Positions 56,084-64,000 of a DNA stretch of 64,000 bases are shown piece after piece. Below the pieces are notes generated by a model. That model made no database searches, had not been told where the DNA came from, and saw only the letters and a list, made by a program, of their open reading frames with translations. Source of the DNA: Lachnospiraceae bacterium (lineage in GTDB: Bacteria; Bacillota; Clostridia; Lachnospirales; Bianqueaceae); contig JAAWDX010000001.1 in NCBI GenBank assembly GCA_022794035.1, positions 209,936 through 273,935 of the forward strand. Reading direction: 5' to 3'. Made by a program: the position numbers and the translations under genes. Numbering within the stretch: the stretch's first letter is position 1; each line of letters begins with the position of its first letter.

Positions 56084-57013
56084 ATGACATTACAGCAATT
56101 GCATTATGTGATTACGATATCGGAAACAGGATCCTTCAATAAGGCAGCGGAGCTTTTATATGTAGCACAGCCTTCGTTGACGAGTTCAATAAAGGAGCTC
56201 GAAAAAGAGCTAGGAATTGCCATTTTTCATCGCAGCGGCCGCGGTATCTCGCTGACTAGTGACGGCCTTGAATTTATGATTTATGCAAGACAGGTATATC
56301 ATCAATATGAAGTGCTGAGAGATAAATACGGAAGAGCGGGAGAGCGAAAAAAGAAGTTTGGCGTTTCCACGCAGCACTATTCCTTTGCCATTAAAAGCTT
56401 TGTGGAGATGGTGAAGCAATTTGACACAGAGCAATATGAATTTGCGATTAGAGAGACCAAAACAAAGGAAGTGATTGACGATGTGATCACCTCTAAAAGC
56501 GAAGTCGGGATTTTATATTTGAATGATTTTAACCGTAAAGCGATTGAAAAACTGTTACGGACCAATCAGCTCGAGTTTCACAAGCTGATTGACTGCGAGG
56601 CCTATGTTTATCTTTGGAAAGGACATCCGCTTGCAAAAAATAAGCAGATTTGCTTTGAAGAGCTTGTTGACTATCCATGCCTTTCTTTTGAGCAGGGCGC
56701 GGAAGGATCCTTTTATTTTGCCGAGGAAATCCTTTGTACCAATGAGTATACAAGAATGATTAAAGCAACCGACAGAGCCACCATGTTAAATTTGATGATC
56801 GGGTTAAATGGCTATACGCTGTGCTCCGGAATTATCTGTGAAGAGCTTAACGGCTCAGATTATACGGCAGTTCCCTTTAAAATAGAGGAAGATATGGTGG
56901 GAGGCCGGATGGAGATTGGATATATTGTAAAAAGCAATATGATTTTAAGCAGTATGGGGCAGTTGTACACCCAGGAGCTCAAACGGTATTTGCAGCAGCA
57001 TCACAGCAAATAG
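56084..57013 (+). CDS. LysR-family transcriptional regulator (likely sulfur-amino-acid regulator, CmbR/MetR/CysL-like by context)
   Basis: The N-terminal HTH MTLQQLHYVITISETGSFNKAAELLYVAQPSLTSSIKELEKELG is a canonical LTTR signature. I prefer ATG 56084 over the ORF-track start at 56042. It is adjacent to a sulfhydrylase gene. Confidence 0.88.
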   Translation: MTLQQLHYVITISETGSFNKAAELLYVAQPSLTSSIKELEKELGIAIFHRSGRGISLTSDGLEFMIYARQVYHQYEVLRDKYGRAGERKKKFGVSTQHYSFAIKSFVEMVKQFDTEQYEFAIRETKTKEVIDDVITSKSEVGILYLNDFNRKAIEKLLRTNQLEFHKLIDCEAYVYLWKGHPLAKNKQICFEELVDYPCLSFEQGAEGSFYFAEEILCTNEYTRMIKATDRATMLNLMIGLNGYTLCSGIICEELNGSDYTAVPFKIEEDMVGGRMEIGYIVKSNMILSSMGQLYTQELKRYLQQHHSK

Positions 57014-57060
57014 CAGGCAGCATATAGATTTTACCTATTACTCAGTATATAAAGGGAGTA

Positions 57061-57090
57061 TTGGACACCGGATAGTGTGCGATATATAAT
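57061..57090 (+). promoter_or_regulatory. Candidate promoter of the sulfhydrylase gene
   Basis: TTGGAC (57061-57066), 18-nt spacer, TATAAT (57085-57090). An upstream ATAG-N7-CTAT dyad around 57024-57038 could be an LTTR box. Confidence 0.45.
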
Positions 57091-57160
57091 CAGGTCATCA
57101 GATCAAACAACTTGGCCGGTTATAGATCCATTACTAATTAAGAAAAGAGGTAAAATCATC

Positions 57161-58444
57161 ATGAGTAGTTATAAATTTGAAACATTGCAGCTTCACGTAG
57201 GGCAGGAACAGCCGGATCCGGCAACCGACGCAAGGGCGGTTCCCATCTATCAGACAACCTCCTATGTTTTTAAAAATTCAGCACATGCCGCTGCGCGGTT
57301 TGGTCTTGCGGATGCCGGCAATATTTATGGAAGACTGACAAATTCAACGCAGGATGTACTGGAAAAGAGAATTGCAGCACTCGAGGGAGGCGTGGCTGCG
57401 CTGGCGGTGGCTTCCGGAGCTGCCGCCATTGCGTATACCATTGAAGCGTTGGCGCAAAAGGGCGATCATATTGTAGCACAGAAAACAATTTATGGCGGCA
57501 GCTATAATCTGCTGGCCCATACACTTACCAATTATGGTATCGAGACAACATTTGTAGATATTCATAATCTGGCAGAAACGGAAGCGGCAATCCAGGAAAA
57601 TACAAAGGCAATCTTTATCGAAACGCTGGGTAATCCCAATAGCGATATTCCGGACATAGAGGCCATTTCTAAAATTGCGCATCAGCATGGGATTCCGGTG
57701 GTGATTGATAATACCTTTGGCACGCCCTATCTGATCCGGCCCATTGAGCATGGCGCGGATATTGTTGTACACTCCGCTACAAAATTTATAGGCGGTCACG
57801 GAACAACCCTGGGGGGAATCATTGTAGATTCTGGTAAGTTTGACTGGAAGAAAAGCGGAAAATATGCGCCGATTGCAGAAGCGAATCCAAGCTATCATGG
57901 GGTATCCTTTGCAGAGGCAGCAGGCCCGGCTGCTTTTGTAACTTATATTCGCGCCATTCTGCTGCGCGATACCGGCGCAACGATTTCACCCTTTAATGCA
58001 TTTCTGCTCCTGCAGGGCGTAGAGACGCTTTCGCTTCGCCTAGAGCGCCACGCAGAAAATACAAAGAAGGTCATCGAATATTTGAATAGTCATCCGCTGG
58101 TAGAAAAAGTGAATCATCCTTCCCTGCCGGATCATCCGCAAAATGAACTTTATAAACGCTATTTTCCGAATGGAGGAGGATCCATCTTTACCTTTAATAT
58201 AAAGGGCGGCCAAAAAGAAGCGCATCAATTTATCGATCATCTGGAGATCTTTTCCCTGCTTGCCAATGTTGCAGATGTAAAATCGCTGGTGATTCATCCG
58301 GCAACAACCACGCATTCTCAGCTGACAGAGGAAGAGCTGCAGGATCAGGGCATTCAGCAAAATACCATCCGCCTGTCCATCGGTACGGAGCACATTGACG
58401 ATATCATTGCCGATTTAGAAAAAGGCTTTGCCGCGTTAAATTAA
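57161..58444 (+). CDS. metY: O-acetylhomoserine aminocarboxypropyltransferase / sulfhydrylase (PLP-dependent, Cys/Met metabolism family)
   Basis: MSSYKFETLQLHVGQ...AVPIYQTTSYVF..., the PLP-lysine motif HSATKFIGGHG, and a C-terminal IRLSIGTEHIDDIIADL. The start at 57161 has AAGAGG upstream. The ORF-track start at 57077 adds an unlikely extension. Confidence 0.92.
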   Translation: MSSYKFETLQLHVGQEQPDPATDARAVPIYQTTSYVFKNSAHAAARFGLADAGNIYGRLTNSTQDVLEKRIAALEGGVAALAVASGAAAIAYTIEALAQKGDHIVAQKTIYGGSYNLLAHTLTNYGIETTFVDIHNLAETEAAIQENTKAIFIETLGNPNSDIPDIEAISKIAHQHGIPVVIDNTFGTPYLIRPIEHGADIVVHSATKFIGGHGTTLGGIIVDSGKFDWKKSGKYAPIAEANPSYHGVSFAEAAGPAAFVTYIRAILLRDTGATISPFNAFLLLQGVETLSLRLERHAENTKKVIEYLNSHPLVEKVNHPSLPDHPQNELYKRYFPNGGGSIFTFNIKGGQKEAHQFIDHLEIFSLLANVADVKSLVIHPATTTHSQLTEEELQDQGIQQNTIRLSIGTEHIDDIIADLEKGFAALN

Positions 58445-58555
58445 TATACTAATTCTGCCAAACTCATGATATAATAAAGAAACAGAACGACTGCAAGAAT
58501 CCCGGAGGGATTACTTGCTAAGTTCGACGCCAGCCGAACTTATAGGAGGTTTAAA

Positions 58556-59062
58556 ATGGCAGAAACACTCATCCAATGGTTTACAGATACGCTCGGCGGG
58601 GTCGTATCAAAGGAAATATTGGTTTTTATCATATCTATGGTTCCCATTCTCGAGCTGCGCGGCGGTCTCATCGCCGCGCGGCTGTTTGACATTCCTTATC
58701 TGCAGGCACTCGGCATCTGTATCGGCGGCAATCTGCTACCGACACCGTTCATCCTGCTTCTTATTACGCCGCTTTTTAATTGGCTTAAAACAACCAGACC
58801 TTTCCGGCCGCTCGTTGAAAAGCTGGAAAAGCGCGCCATGGGCAAAAGCGACAAAATCAGCAAATACGAATTTTGGGGGCTCGTTTTATTCGTCGGCATC
58901 CCCCTGCCGGGAACCGGTGCATGGACCGGCGGCCTCATCGCTTCCCTTCTCGGCATTAAATTCAAAAAAGCCTTTCCCGCCATCGTGCTCGGTCTCTTAT
59001 TGGCCAGCGCCATCATGAGCATCGTCACCTATGTTATTCCGTGGGTTATTTCTCTGTTTTAA
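58556..59062 (+). CDS. Small membrane protein, 'small multidrug export'-like (COG2426 / PF06695-like)
   Basis: 168 aa with 4 TM helices. Motifs VPILELRGGLIAA and GIPLPGTGAWTG are as I recall them for this family. AGGAGG lies 7 nt before the ATG. The overlapping ORF at 58515..59018 is in another frame and looks spurious. Confidence 0.55.
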   Translation: MAETLIQWFTDTLGGVVSKEILVFIISMVPILELRGGLIAARLFDIPYLQALGICIGGNLLPTPFILLLITPLFNWLKTTRPFRPLVEKLEKRAMGKSDKISKYEFWGLVLFVGIPLPGTGAWTGGLIASLLGIKFKKAFPAIVLGLLLASAIMSIVTYVIPWVISLF

Positions 59063-59143
59063 AAAAAGCGCCGCAAAATCATGCAGTCAGATGATGAAGC
59101 GGCGCGCTTATATTTTCAACATAACACAGAAAGGGGTACAGTT

Positions 59144-59608
59144 ATGCCAAAGCAAATCCGCACATCCTCAAAAGCAGTGATCATTCAAAACGGTAAATTG
59201 CTTACAATCAAGCTAAATGACGGCAATGAGGAGTGGTACATTCTGCCCGGCGGCGGTCAGGAAGGCGAAGAAACGCTTCCACGGGCTGTTGAACGGGAAG
59301 TCAAAGAAGAGACAGGGCTAGATATCATCTGTAAAGAACTTCTTTTTGTGATAGAAGGGGTCAACGGCGAAAGGTTTCACCGGATTGATCTGGTATTTTC
59401 ATGCGATTGCTTAGGAAAAGCGGAAAACGCAGAACGCCATAATGATGTCAATCAGGTCGGAGTTGAGTGGCTGGACATATCCACATTAAATGGATTACCC
59501 TTATTTCCGTCAAAGCTGCGCCGCCCGATCATGAATTTTTACGAAGGAAAAGAATATGCCAAGTACCTTGGAAATGAAGAGATAGGTGATCCGGAATGCT
59601 TAGAATAG
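59144..59608 (+). CDS. NUDIX hydrolase
   Basis: Nudix box GGGQEGEETLPRAVEREVKEETGL. The start at MPKQIR (ATG 59144, AAAGGGG upstream) is preferred over 59081. Confidence 0.88.
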   Translation: MPKQIRTSSKAVIIQNGKLLTIKLNDGNEEWYILPGGGQEGEETLPRAVEREVKEETGLDIICKELLFVIEGVNGERFHRIDLVFSCDCLGKAENAERHNDVNQVGVEWLDISTLNGLPLFPSKLRRPIMNFYEGKEYAKYLGNEEIGDPECLE

Positions 59609-59622
59609 AAAAATGCCCCGGA

Positions 59623-60549
59623 TCACTTTTTCACATGTTTGCGCGGTTTGCGCACAGAAGAAGGCGGAACCAAGAAGCGAATCGCCCGTTGATGCGTGTG
59701 AATATGCACGGTCTGATGCAGCCCGCCATATTCACCGTCAAGTGTCCAGGGGATGGGCTGCGGGCTGCGCAGCACAATATCCTGTGCCTTTAAATATACA
59801 AACCGATCCGAGGTAAAATCCTGCGCCACCACGGCCGAAAAAATTGCGGCCAGATTCAGCGGCGCCGAAGAGGCCTTCACCAAAATGACCTCCGACAGCC
59901 CGTCGATCAGGCTGATATCATGAGCGCGCACGCGGATGCCGCCGATCGAGGTAGTATTAGCCACCATGCCAAATAAAAAGTCGCCCTCCACAGTCGTATC
60001 AGCCGTTTCCACCGTAAGGTGGTAGGATTTTAGAGAGGGCAGGCGCTTCATAACCTCGAAAATATAGGCCATGCTGCCAAACATATTTTTGCTCTCCTGT
60101 GAGGTGTCGTAGGCCACGTCGGTAAAGGCGCCGAAGGCCGCCACATAGGCGAAAAACGAATCCTCAAAGCCGCCGACGTCACAGGGCAGCGCCGCACCGC
60201 GCATGATATCGGCCGCGGCGGCAAGCGTTTTTTTGGAGATGTGGTGGCTGGCAGCAAAATCATTCATTGTGCCTGAAGGTATATACCCCACTGGCGGACG
60301 CTGCTGCGGCGGAAGCGCCATCAGCGCGCGCACCGATTCGTTCAGCGTGCCGTCGCCGCCGCTCACCACCAGCAGGTCATAGGCCGAGGCCTGATTGCGG
60401 ATGGTTTCGTAGGCGTCAAGCCGGCGCTGCGTCGGGTGCACCGCCAGCTCATAGCCGTGCTGCGCAAAAATATTCAGGATTTCCATCAGATCAGCCGCCA
60501 GATGCTCGCGGCCGGACTTAGGGTTAAACACAAATAATAGCTTTTTCAC
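59623..60549 (-). CDS. dagK: Diacylglycerol kinase-family lipid kinase (DagK/YegS-like)
   Basis: MKKLLFVFNPKSG..., VVSGGDGTLNE and IPSGTMNDFA motifs. Confidence 0.88.
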   Translation of the reverse strand: MKKLLFVFNPKSGREHLAADLMEILNIFAQHGYELAVHPTQRRLDAYETIRNQASAYDLLVVSGGDGTLNESVRALMALPPQQRPPVGYIPSGTMNDFAASHHISKKTLAAAADIMRGAALPCDVGGFEDSFFAYVAAFGAFTDVAYDTSQESKNMFGSMAYIFEVMKRLPSLKSYHLTVETADTTVEGDFLFGMVANTTSIGGIRVRAHDISLIDGLSEVILVKASSAPLNLAAIFSAVVAQDFTSDRFVYLKAQDIVLRSPQPIPWTLDGEYGGLHQTVHIHTHQRAIRFLVPPSSVRKPRKHVKK

Positions 60550-60610
60550 ATTGCCGTCTCCTTGTTAGAATAAGGTTATCATACCAGATTTTGGATTTGA
60601 TTGCAATGTC

Positions 60611-60640
60611 TTGACTTTGGCGTGTGAAATTCATTATAAT
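60611..60640 (+). promoter_or_regulatory. Candidate promoter of the DAHP synthase gene
   Basis: TTGACT (60611-60616), 18-nt spacer, TATAAT (60635-60640). Confidence 0.6.
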
Positions 60641-60680
60641 AAATCATTAGCCGGCCAGCCGGCAAAATAGGAGGATTTGT

Positions 60681-61712
60681 ATGAGTTTTGTATTTGAGCG
60701 CGAGCTGCCGTCAGCGCAGCATCTGAAGGAACTGCTTCCGGTGGACGAAAAAGCTGCCGCGATGCGTGAGCGCCGTATTGCGCTGATGAAAAAAATTATG
60801 GAAGGCGAATATGACCGGCTGATGGTCATTGTTGGACCATGTTCAGCTGATAATGAAGAAGCCGTACTGGATTATATGCACCGGCTAGCAAAAGTGCAGG
60901 AAAAGGTTGCCGACAAGATTTTCATTGTACCGAGAGTATACACCAACAAGCCCCGTACAACGGGCGAGGGCTATAAGGGCATGATGCATCAGCCCGATCC
61001 CACGCAAAAACCGAATGCCTTTGAGGGTCTCAAAGCCATTCGGCATATGCACATTCGGGTGATGCAGGAGACCGGGCTGGTTGCCGCTGATGAGATGCTG
61101 TATCCGGGCAACTATGCTTTTCTGGATGATGTGTTGGGGTATGTGGCTGTGGGCGCGCGTTCTGTAGAAAATCAGCAGCACCGCCTGACCTGCAGTGGTC
61201 TTGACATCCCGGTGGGGATGAAAAACGGCACGGGCGGCGATGTGGATATCATGTTTAATGCTATCCGGGCCGCGCAGAGCGGGCATGATTTTATTTATCA
61301 GAACTGGGAGGTTGCCACAGAGGGCAATCCGTATGCCCATGCGGTGCTGCGCGGCGGTGTGGACTCCCGAGGACTTACCATCCCTAATTATCATTTTGAG
61401 GATCTTCTGCGCATTGCGCAGGAATATCAGGCAAGGGGACTGAGTAACCCTGCTATTATTGTGGATACCAATCACAGCAATTCGGCCAAGCAGTATGAGC
61501 AGCAGCCGCGCATTGCCTCGGAGGTCATGCACAGCATGAAGTATGATCCGATTCTGCGGAGCATGGTGAAAGGCTTTATGATCGAAAGCTATATTGAGCC
61601 TGGTGCGCAGAAAATCGATGATCATCAGATCTATGGCAAATCGATCACCGATCCCTGCTTGGGCTGGAAGGAAACGGAACGCATGATTTACGAGATGGCA
61701 GAAAAATTTTAA
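60681..61712 (+). CDS. aroG: 3-deoxy-7-phosphoheptulonate (DAHP) synthase, class I
   Basis: 343 aa. IVGPCSADNEEA, RVYTNKPRTT..GYKGM, GARSVENQQHR and IVDTNHSNS motifs. Confidence 0.92.
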   Translation: MSFVFERELPSAQHLKELLPVDEKAAAMRERRIALMKKIMEGEYDRLMVIVGPCSADNEEAVLDYMHRLAKVQEKVADKIFIVPRVYTNKPRTTGEGYKGMMHQPDPTQKPNAFEGLKAIRHMHIRVMQETGLVAADEMLYPGNYAFLDDVLGYVAVGARSVENQQHRLTCSGLDIPVGMKNGTGGDVDIMFNAIRAAQSGHDFIYQNWEVATEGNPYAHAVLRGGVDSRGLTIPNYHFEDLLRIAQEYQARGLSNPAIIVDTNHSNSAKQYEQQPRIASEVMHSMKYDPILRSMVKGFMIESYIEPGAQKIDDHQIYGKSITDPCLGWKETERMIYEMAEKF

Positions 61713-63478
61713 GCCTCCACTGACTTTAAGAGCTGCTCGGCAAGAGAACAGCTTTCTGTATCCAGCGTTTCTGCCCGTTCAAGGAGCCGGACCTGTTCCT
61801 GCCGTGAGGCGGGCAGCTCCGCAGCAGGGGCTGTCAGCGTATTATAAGAGAGGCGGCATCCGCTTAGGCGGCTGCGAAAATCGGCAGCCATATCGGCAAT
61901 GTTTTGACAGTTAGCCGCAATTTTGGCGAGCGTCTCCTGCAGTGGTGAGGGGAGCAGATCCATACTCTCCCGCAGATATCCGGCGGCGCAGCGGCGAGAA
62001 TCGATGAGATGGCAAAGCATATTATCGTTGACGCTGAGCCGGCGCAGGGCGTTTTCTCTGTCTTTTTCAAGGCAGAAGTCAGAGTCCTTGGCTAGGGCCT
62101 GCATCCATACCTCATAGGCGGCTTTTCCCTGATGATAGCCGCCGCAGCTTTCAGCATAAAAGGAGCGAAGCAGGATGGAGAGAGAGGTTTTTAAAATTTC
62201 GAGCGGCTGCGGCCGCTCCTTTTTTTCATCAAAATGAAGGATAAGAAAGGGCCAGAAATCATTGAACAGATAGCCTTCATTTTGTTCTGTGATCATTTGC
62301 TGATCCGCTTCAGAAAGCACAGCCGCCTGATCAAAATAGGTGCGGCATAAAAAGCGTTTGCCATGCTCCAGATAGCCAGTAATCAGTCCCCATTCGGGAG
62401 CCACGCGCAGGTTGATGGCGAGTACGGGCTTGCCGTTTTGAATATCGGTCATGATCGCTTGGCGTTCTGCGCTTCGCTCCGCTTTTTGCAGCCGTGCTGC
62501 CATGTGAAAATGGTAGCCGATGGCATCAAAAAGGGGCTGAGCATAGTCGAAGGCTACGAGTGCATCGGTGCAGCTATAATCCCAGACGTCGGTGAAGCAG
62601 ATGCGGTAGCAGGCACCGCTCATGCCCATGATCTGCTGATAGGTGTAGGGGTCGTTCATATATTGCAGGGCGGCACACAGTGCACCCGCCCAAGGGCAGT
62701 CCATACCGTTTCCGAAGGCTAAGGGCATGACATTTTTTAGAATATGCTTTGCATGATCCTCAAGGGCAAGATGCGTACGGTGATGCGTATAAATCATGCT
62801 TTCGCCTTCGGGGCAGCAGATCGTATGGATGCCGTCGGCATTGGTGTAGATGATGGTCAGATATTCGGTGGTATCGCTGGCAGAGCTGCTGGGAAAGGTT
62901 TCGTGATTAACAGGAATCTGCTGCCAGTTGAAATATTCATAGTGGTGAATTTTCTGCATGGCAGAGGTATACTCCGCTGCGTTTCCGTAATAAGCGCCGA
63001 TGATCTCAAACAGCTGCTCATTCAGGTAGCCGTTTGACTCCGGCGTTAAAAACAGCTCTTCATTTTCAAGGGCGTAGGAGAAGAAAATGCCCTTGGATGT
63101 TTGAAATTTAACTGTCAAAAGTTTGAGCCGGTCCCCCTCCAGAGCTGCTCCAATCAGCTGCGGGTGAACATAGAGCTGCAGCCGGTCAGAGCGTATCATA
63201 GTGTTTAACAGCTGCGTGACTGAAATCTGCGCGCGGCCGTCTGTATAAAACGCCTCCAAAATCAGAAGCTCCTTAGGCTGCAGCAGACTATCGATGCTGC
63301 AGTCAAGCGCCTGAGCCAGTGCAGGCAGAATAGCCGTTTCGGGGAGGCATTTGGCGTTTTCCCATTTGGAAACGGCCTGCGGACTTACATGAAGCTTCTC
63401 AGCAAGTGCCTCGCCGGTGTAGCCGCGTTCTTTGCGCAAAAATGCGATTTGCTGCGCGATTTTCTTAGAATCAATCAT
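61709..63478 (-). CDS. XRE-family helix-turn-helix protein with a large (~520 aa) uncharacterised C-terminal region
   Basis: N-terminus IAFLRKERGYTGEALAEKLHVSPQAVSKWENAKCLPETAILPALAQAL is a Cro/C1-type HTH. It is followed by an ILEAFYTDGRAQISVTQLL beta-domain and a Cys/Trp-rich domain that I cannot assign. Confidence 0.7.
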   Translation of the reverse strand: MIDSKKIAQQIAFLRKERGYTGEALAEKLHVSPQAVSKWENAKCLPETAILPALAQALDCSIDSLLQPKELLILEAFYTDGRAQISVTQLLNTMIRSDRLQLYVHPQLIGAALEGDRLKLLTVKFQTSKGIFFSYALENEELFLTPESNGYLNEQLFEIIGAYYGNAAEYTSAMQKIHHYEYFNWQQIPVNHETFPSSSASDTTEYLTIIYTNADGIHTICCPEGESMIYTHHRTHLALEDHAKHILKNVMPLAFGNGMDCPWAGALCAALQYMNDPYTYQQIMGMSGACYRICFTDVWDYSCTDALVAFDYAQPLFDAIGYHFHMAARLQKAERSAERQAIMTDIQNGKPVLAINLRVAPEWGLITGYLEHGKRFLCRTYFDQAAVLSEADQQMITEQNEGYLFNDFWPFLILHFDEKKERPQPLEILKTSLSILLRSFYAESCGGYHQGKAAYEVWMQALAKDSDFCLEKDRENALRRLSVNDNMLCHLIDSRRCAAGYLRESMDLLPSPLQETLAKIAANCQNIADMAADFRSRLSGCRLSYNTLTAPAAELPASRQEQVRLLERAETLDTESCSLAEQLLKSVEA

Positions 63479-63498
63479 GAGAGATCTCCTTTCTGCTT

Positions 63499-64000
63499 TT
63501 AAATATCACAATAGCACCGGCCGTCCGCGTCTTTGGTATAGATTCTGTGCCGATGGATGTCTTTATATTCCGGCAAAGTGCCAAGCGCATTTCTCAGGAT
63601 GTATTTGCCCATTTCGTTATAGGTATCGCCCTCTGAGATTTTCCCGTTTGACAGGCGGCCGGTAATCCACGGCCTGCGCAGCAGAGCCAACAGCCAGTCC
63701 TTTTTTTGTGCAATAAAATCGCGGGTGGCGTCGTTTTGCAGGTCCGCAAATGCCATCAGCAGATAAGAGAGCGGAATACCGTTTTGCGTCGCGGCTTGTC
63801 CGGGGCCAAAGGTCAAAAACTGTCTGCCAAGCGGCTGCAGCAATGCCTCAATCCACTTCGTATCGTTTGGCTGCACGGCAGCAAGAAGACGAAGTACGCT
63901 GATGCCGGTCGCGATGCACTCACCCTGCAGGCAGGAATTGGCAAAGCAGGTGTTTTTCAATCGGCGCAGTGTGTGGAGGATCATGGCATTCACTTCCGGA
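63499..64000 (-). CDS. Hypothetical protein, probably 5'-truncated by the window edge
   Basis: The ORF is open to the last base of the window. The ORF-track start is a GTG at 63993, and no stop follows it toward the window edge. It lies 20 nt upstream of the XRE-HTH gene on the same strand. I recognise no motif. Confidence 0.45.
   Translation of the reverse strand, partial: PEVNAMILHTLRRLKNTCFANSCLQGECIATGISVLRLLAAVQPNDTKWIEALLQPLGRQFLTFGPGQAATQNGIPLSYLLMAFADLQNDATRDFIAQKKDWLLALLRRPWITGRLSNGKISEGDTYNEMGKYILRNALGTLPEYKDIHRHRIYTKDADGRCYCDI

Noticed and set aside
57014-57160. Expected S-box (SAM) riboswitch or T-box upstream of the O-acetylhomoserine sulfhydrylase gene
   Set aside because: The 146-nt interval is too short and lacks the S-box consensus and any terminator or antiterminator. 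Regulation by the adjacent LysR-type regulator is more plausible.
58515-59018. 167-aa ORF overlapping the small membrane protein gene in another frame
   Set aside because: It has no SD and a Ser/Pro/Cys-rich composition. The overlapping 58556..59062 frame has an AGGAGG site and a coherent 4-TM protein.

Overview
This window looks like a chromosomal segment from a Gram-positive, Clostridia-like bacterium. The supporting signs are GGAGG Shine-Dalgarno sites, a T-box-controlled thrS, a BofA-like gene and a sortase-type surface protein. I saw no rRNA or tRNA genes, transposases, integrases, cas genes or prophage genes. One third of the window (5881..27693) is a single uninterrupted ORF. It encodes a 7,270-aa secreted, probably cell-wall-anchored repeat protein. 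Its layout is a signal peptide, five Trp/Cys Ig-like modules, about 1,000 aa of non-repetitive sequence, Listeria-Bacteroides/MucBP-like repeats, about 4,480 aa of roughly 90-aa InlB-B-repeat-like modules (including a roughly 190-aa di-domain super-repeat), four DUF11-type repeats, and an IQTGD sorting-like signal. Upstream of it lies a four-gene MacAB-like ABC exporter: a HlyD adaptor, a double-FtsX permease and two different ATPases. The rest is mostly housekeeping or accessory metabolism: gyrB-gyrA, yitT, a MoxR-DUF58-DUF4129 operon, two tandem esterases, a HAD phosphatase, a MATE pump, nagA-nagB, a YesL-like protein, ccdA-tlpA-bcp, an OmpR/HK pair followed by a processive GT2, a metallophosphoesterase plus CBS protein, tspO, thrS, a LysR regulator plus O-acetylhomoserine sulfhydrylase, a NUDIX hydrolase, dagK, a DAHP synthase and a large XRE-HTH protein. 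The most unusual non-coding signal is a 54-bp-period tandem array. Each unit carries a 7-bp inverted repeat (ATGCAAA-N7-TTTGCAT). It occurs twice in the same orientation. One copy sits exactly between the convergent terminators of the giant gene and gyrA (27746..28063). A diverged copy (55721..55985) sits between a PD-(D/E)XK-like hypothetical gene and the LysR promoter. A second unexplained element is a consensus promoter, a structured ~113-nt transcript and an intrinsic terminator with no ORF (50287..50434), which is a candidate small RNA. All calls come from reading the sequence and ORF translations; no database search was possible.
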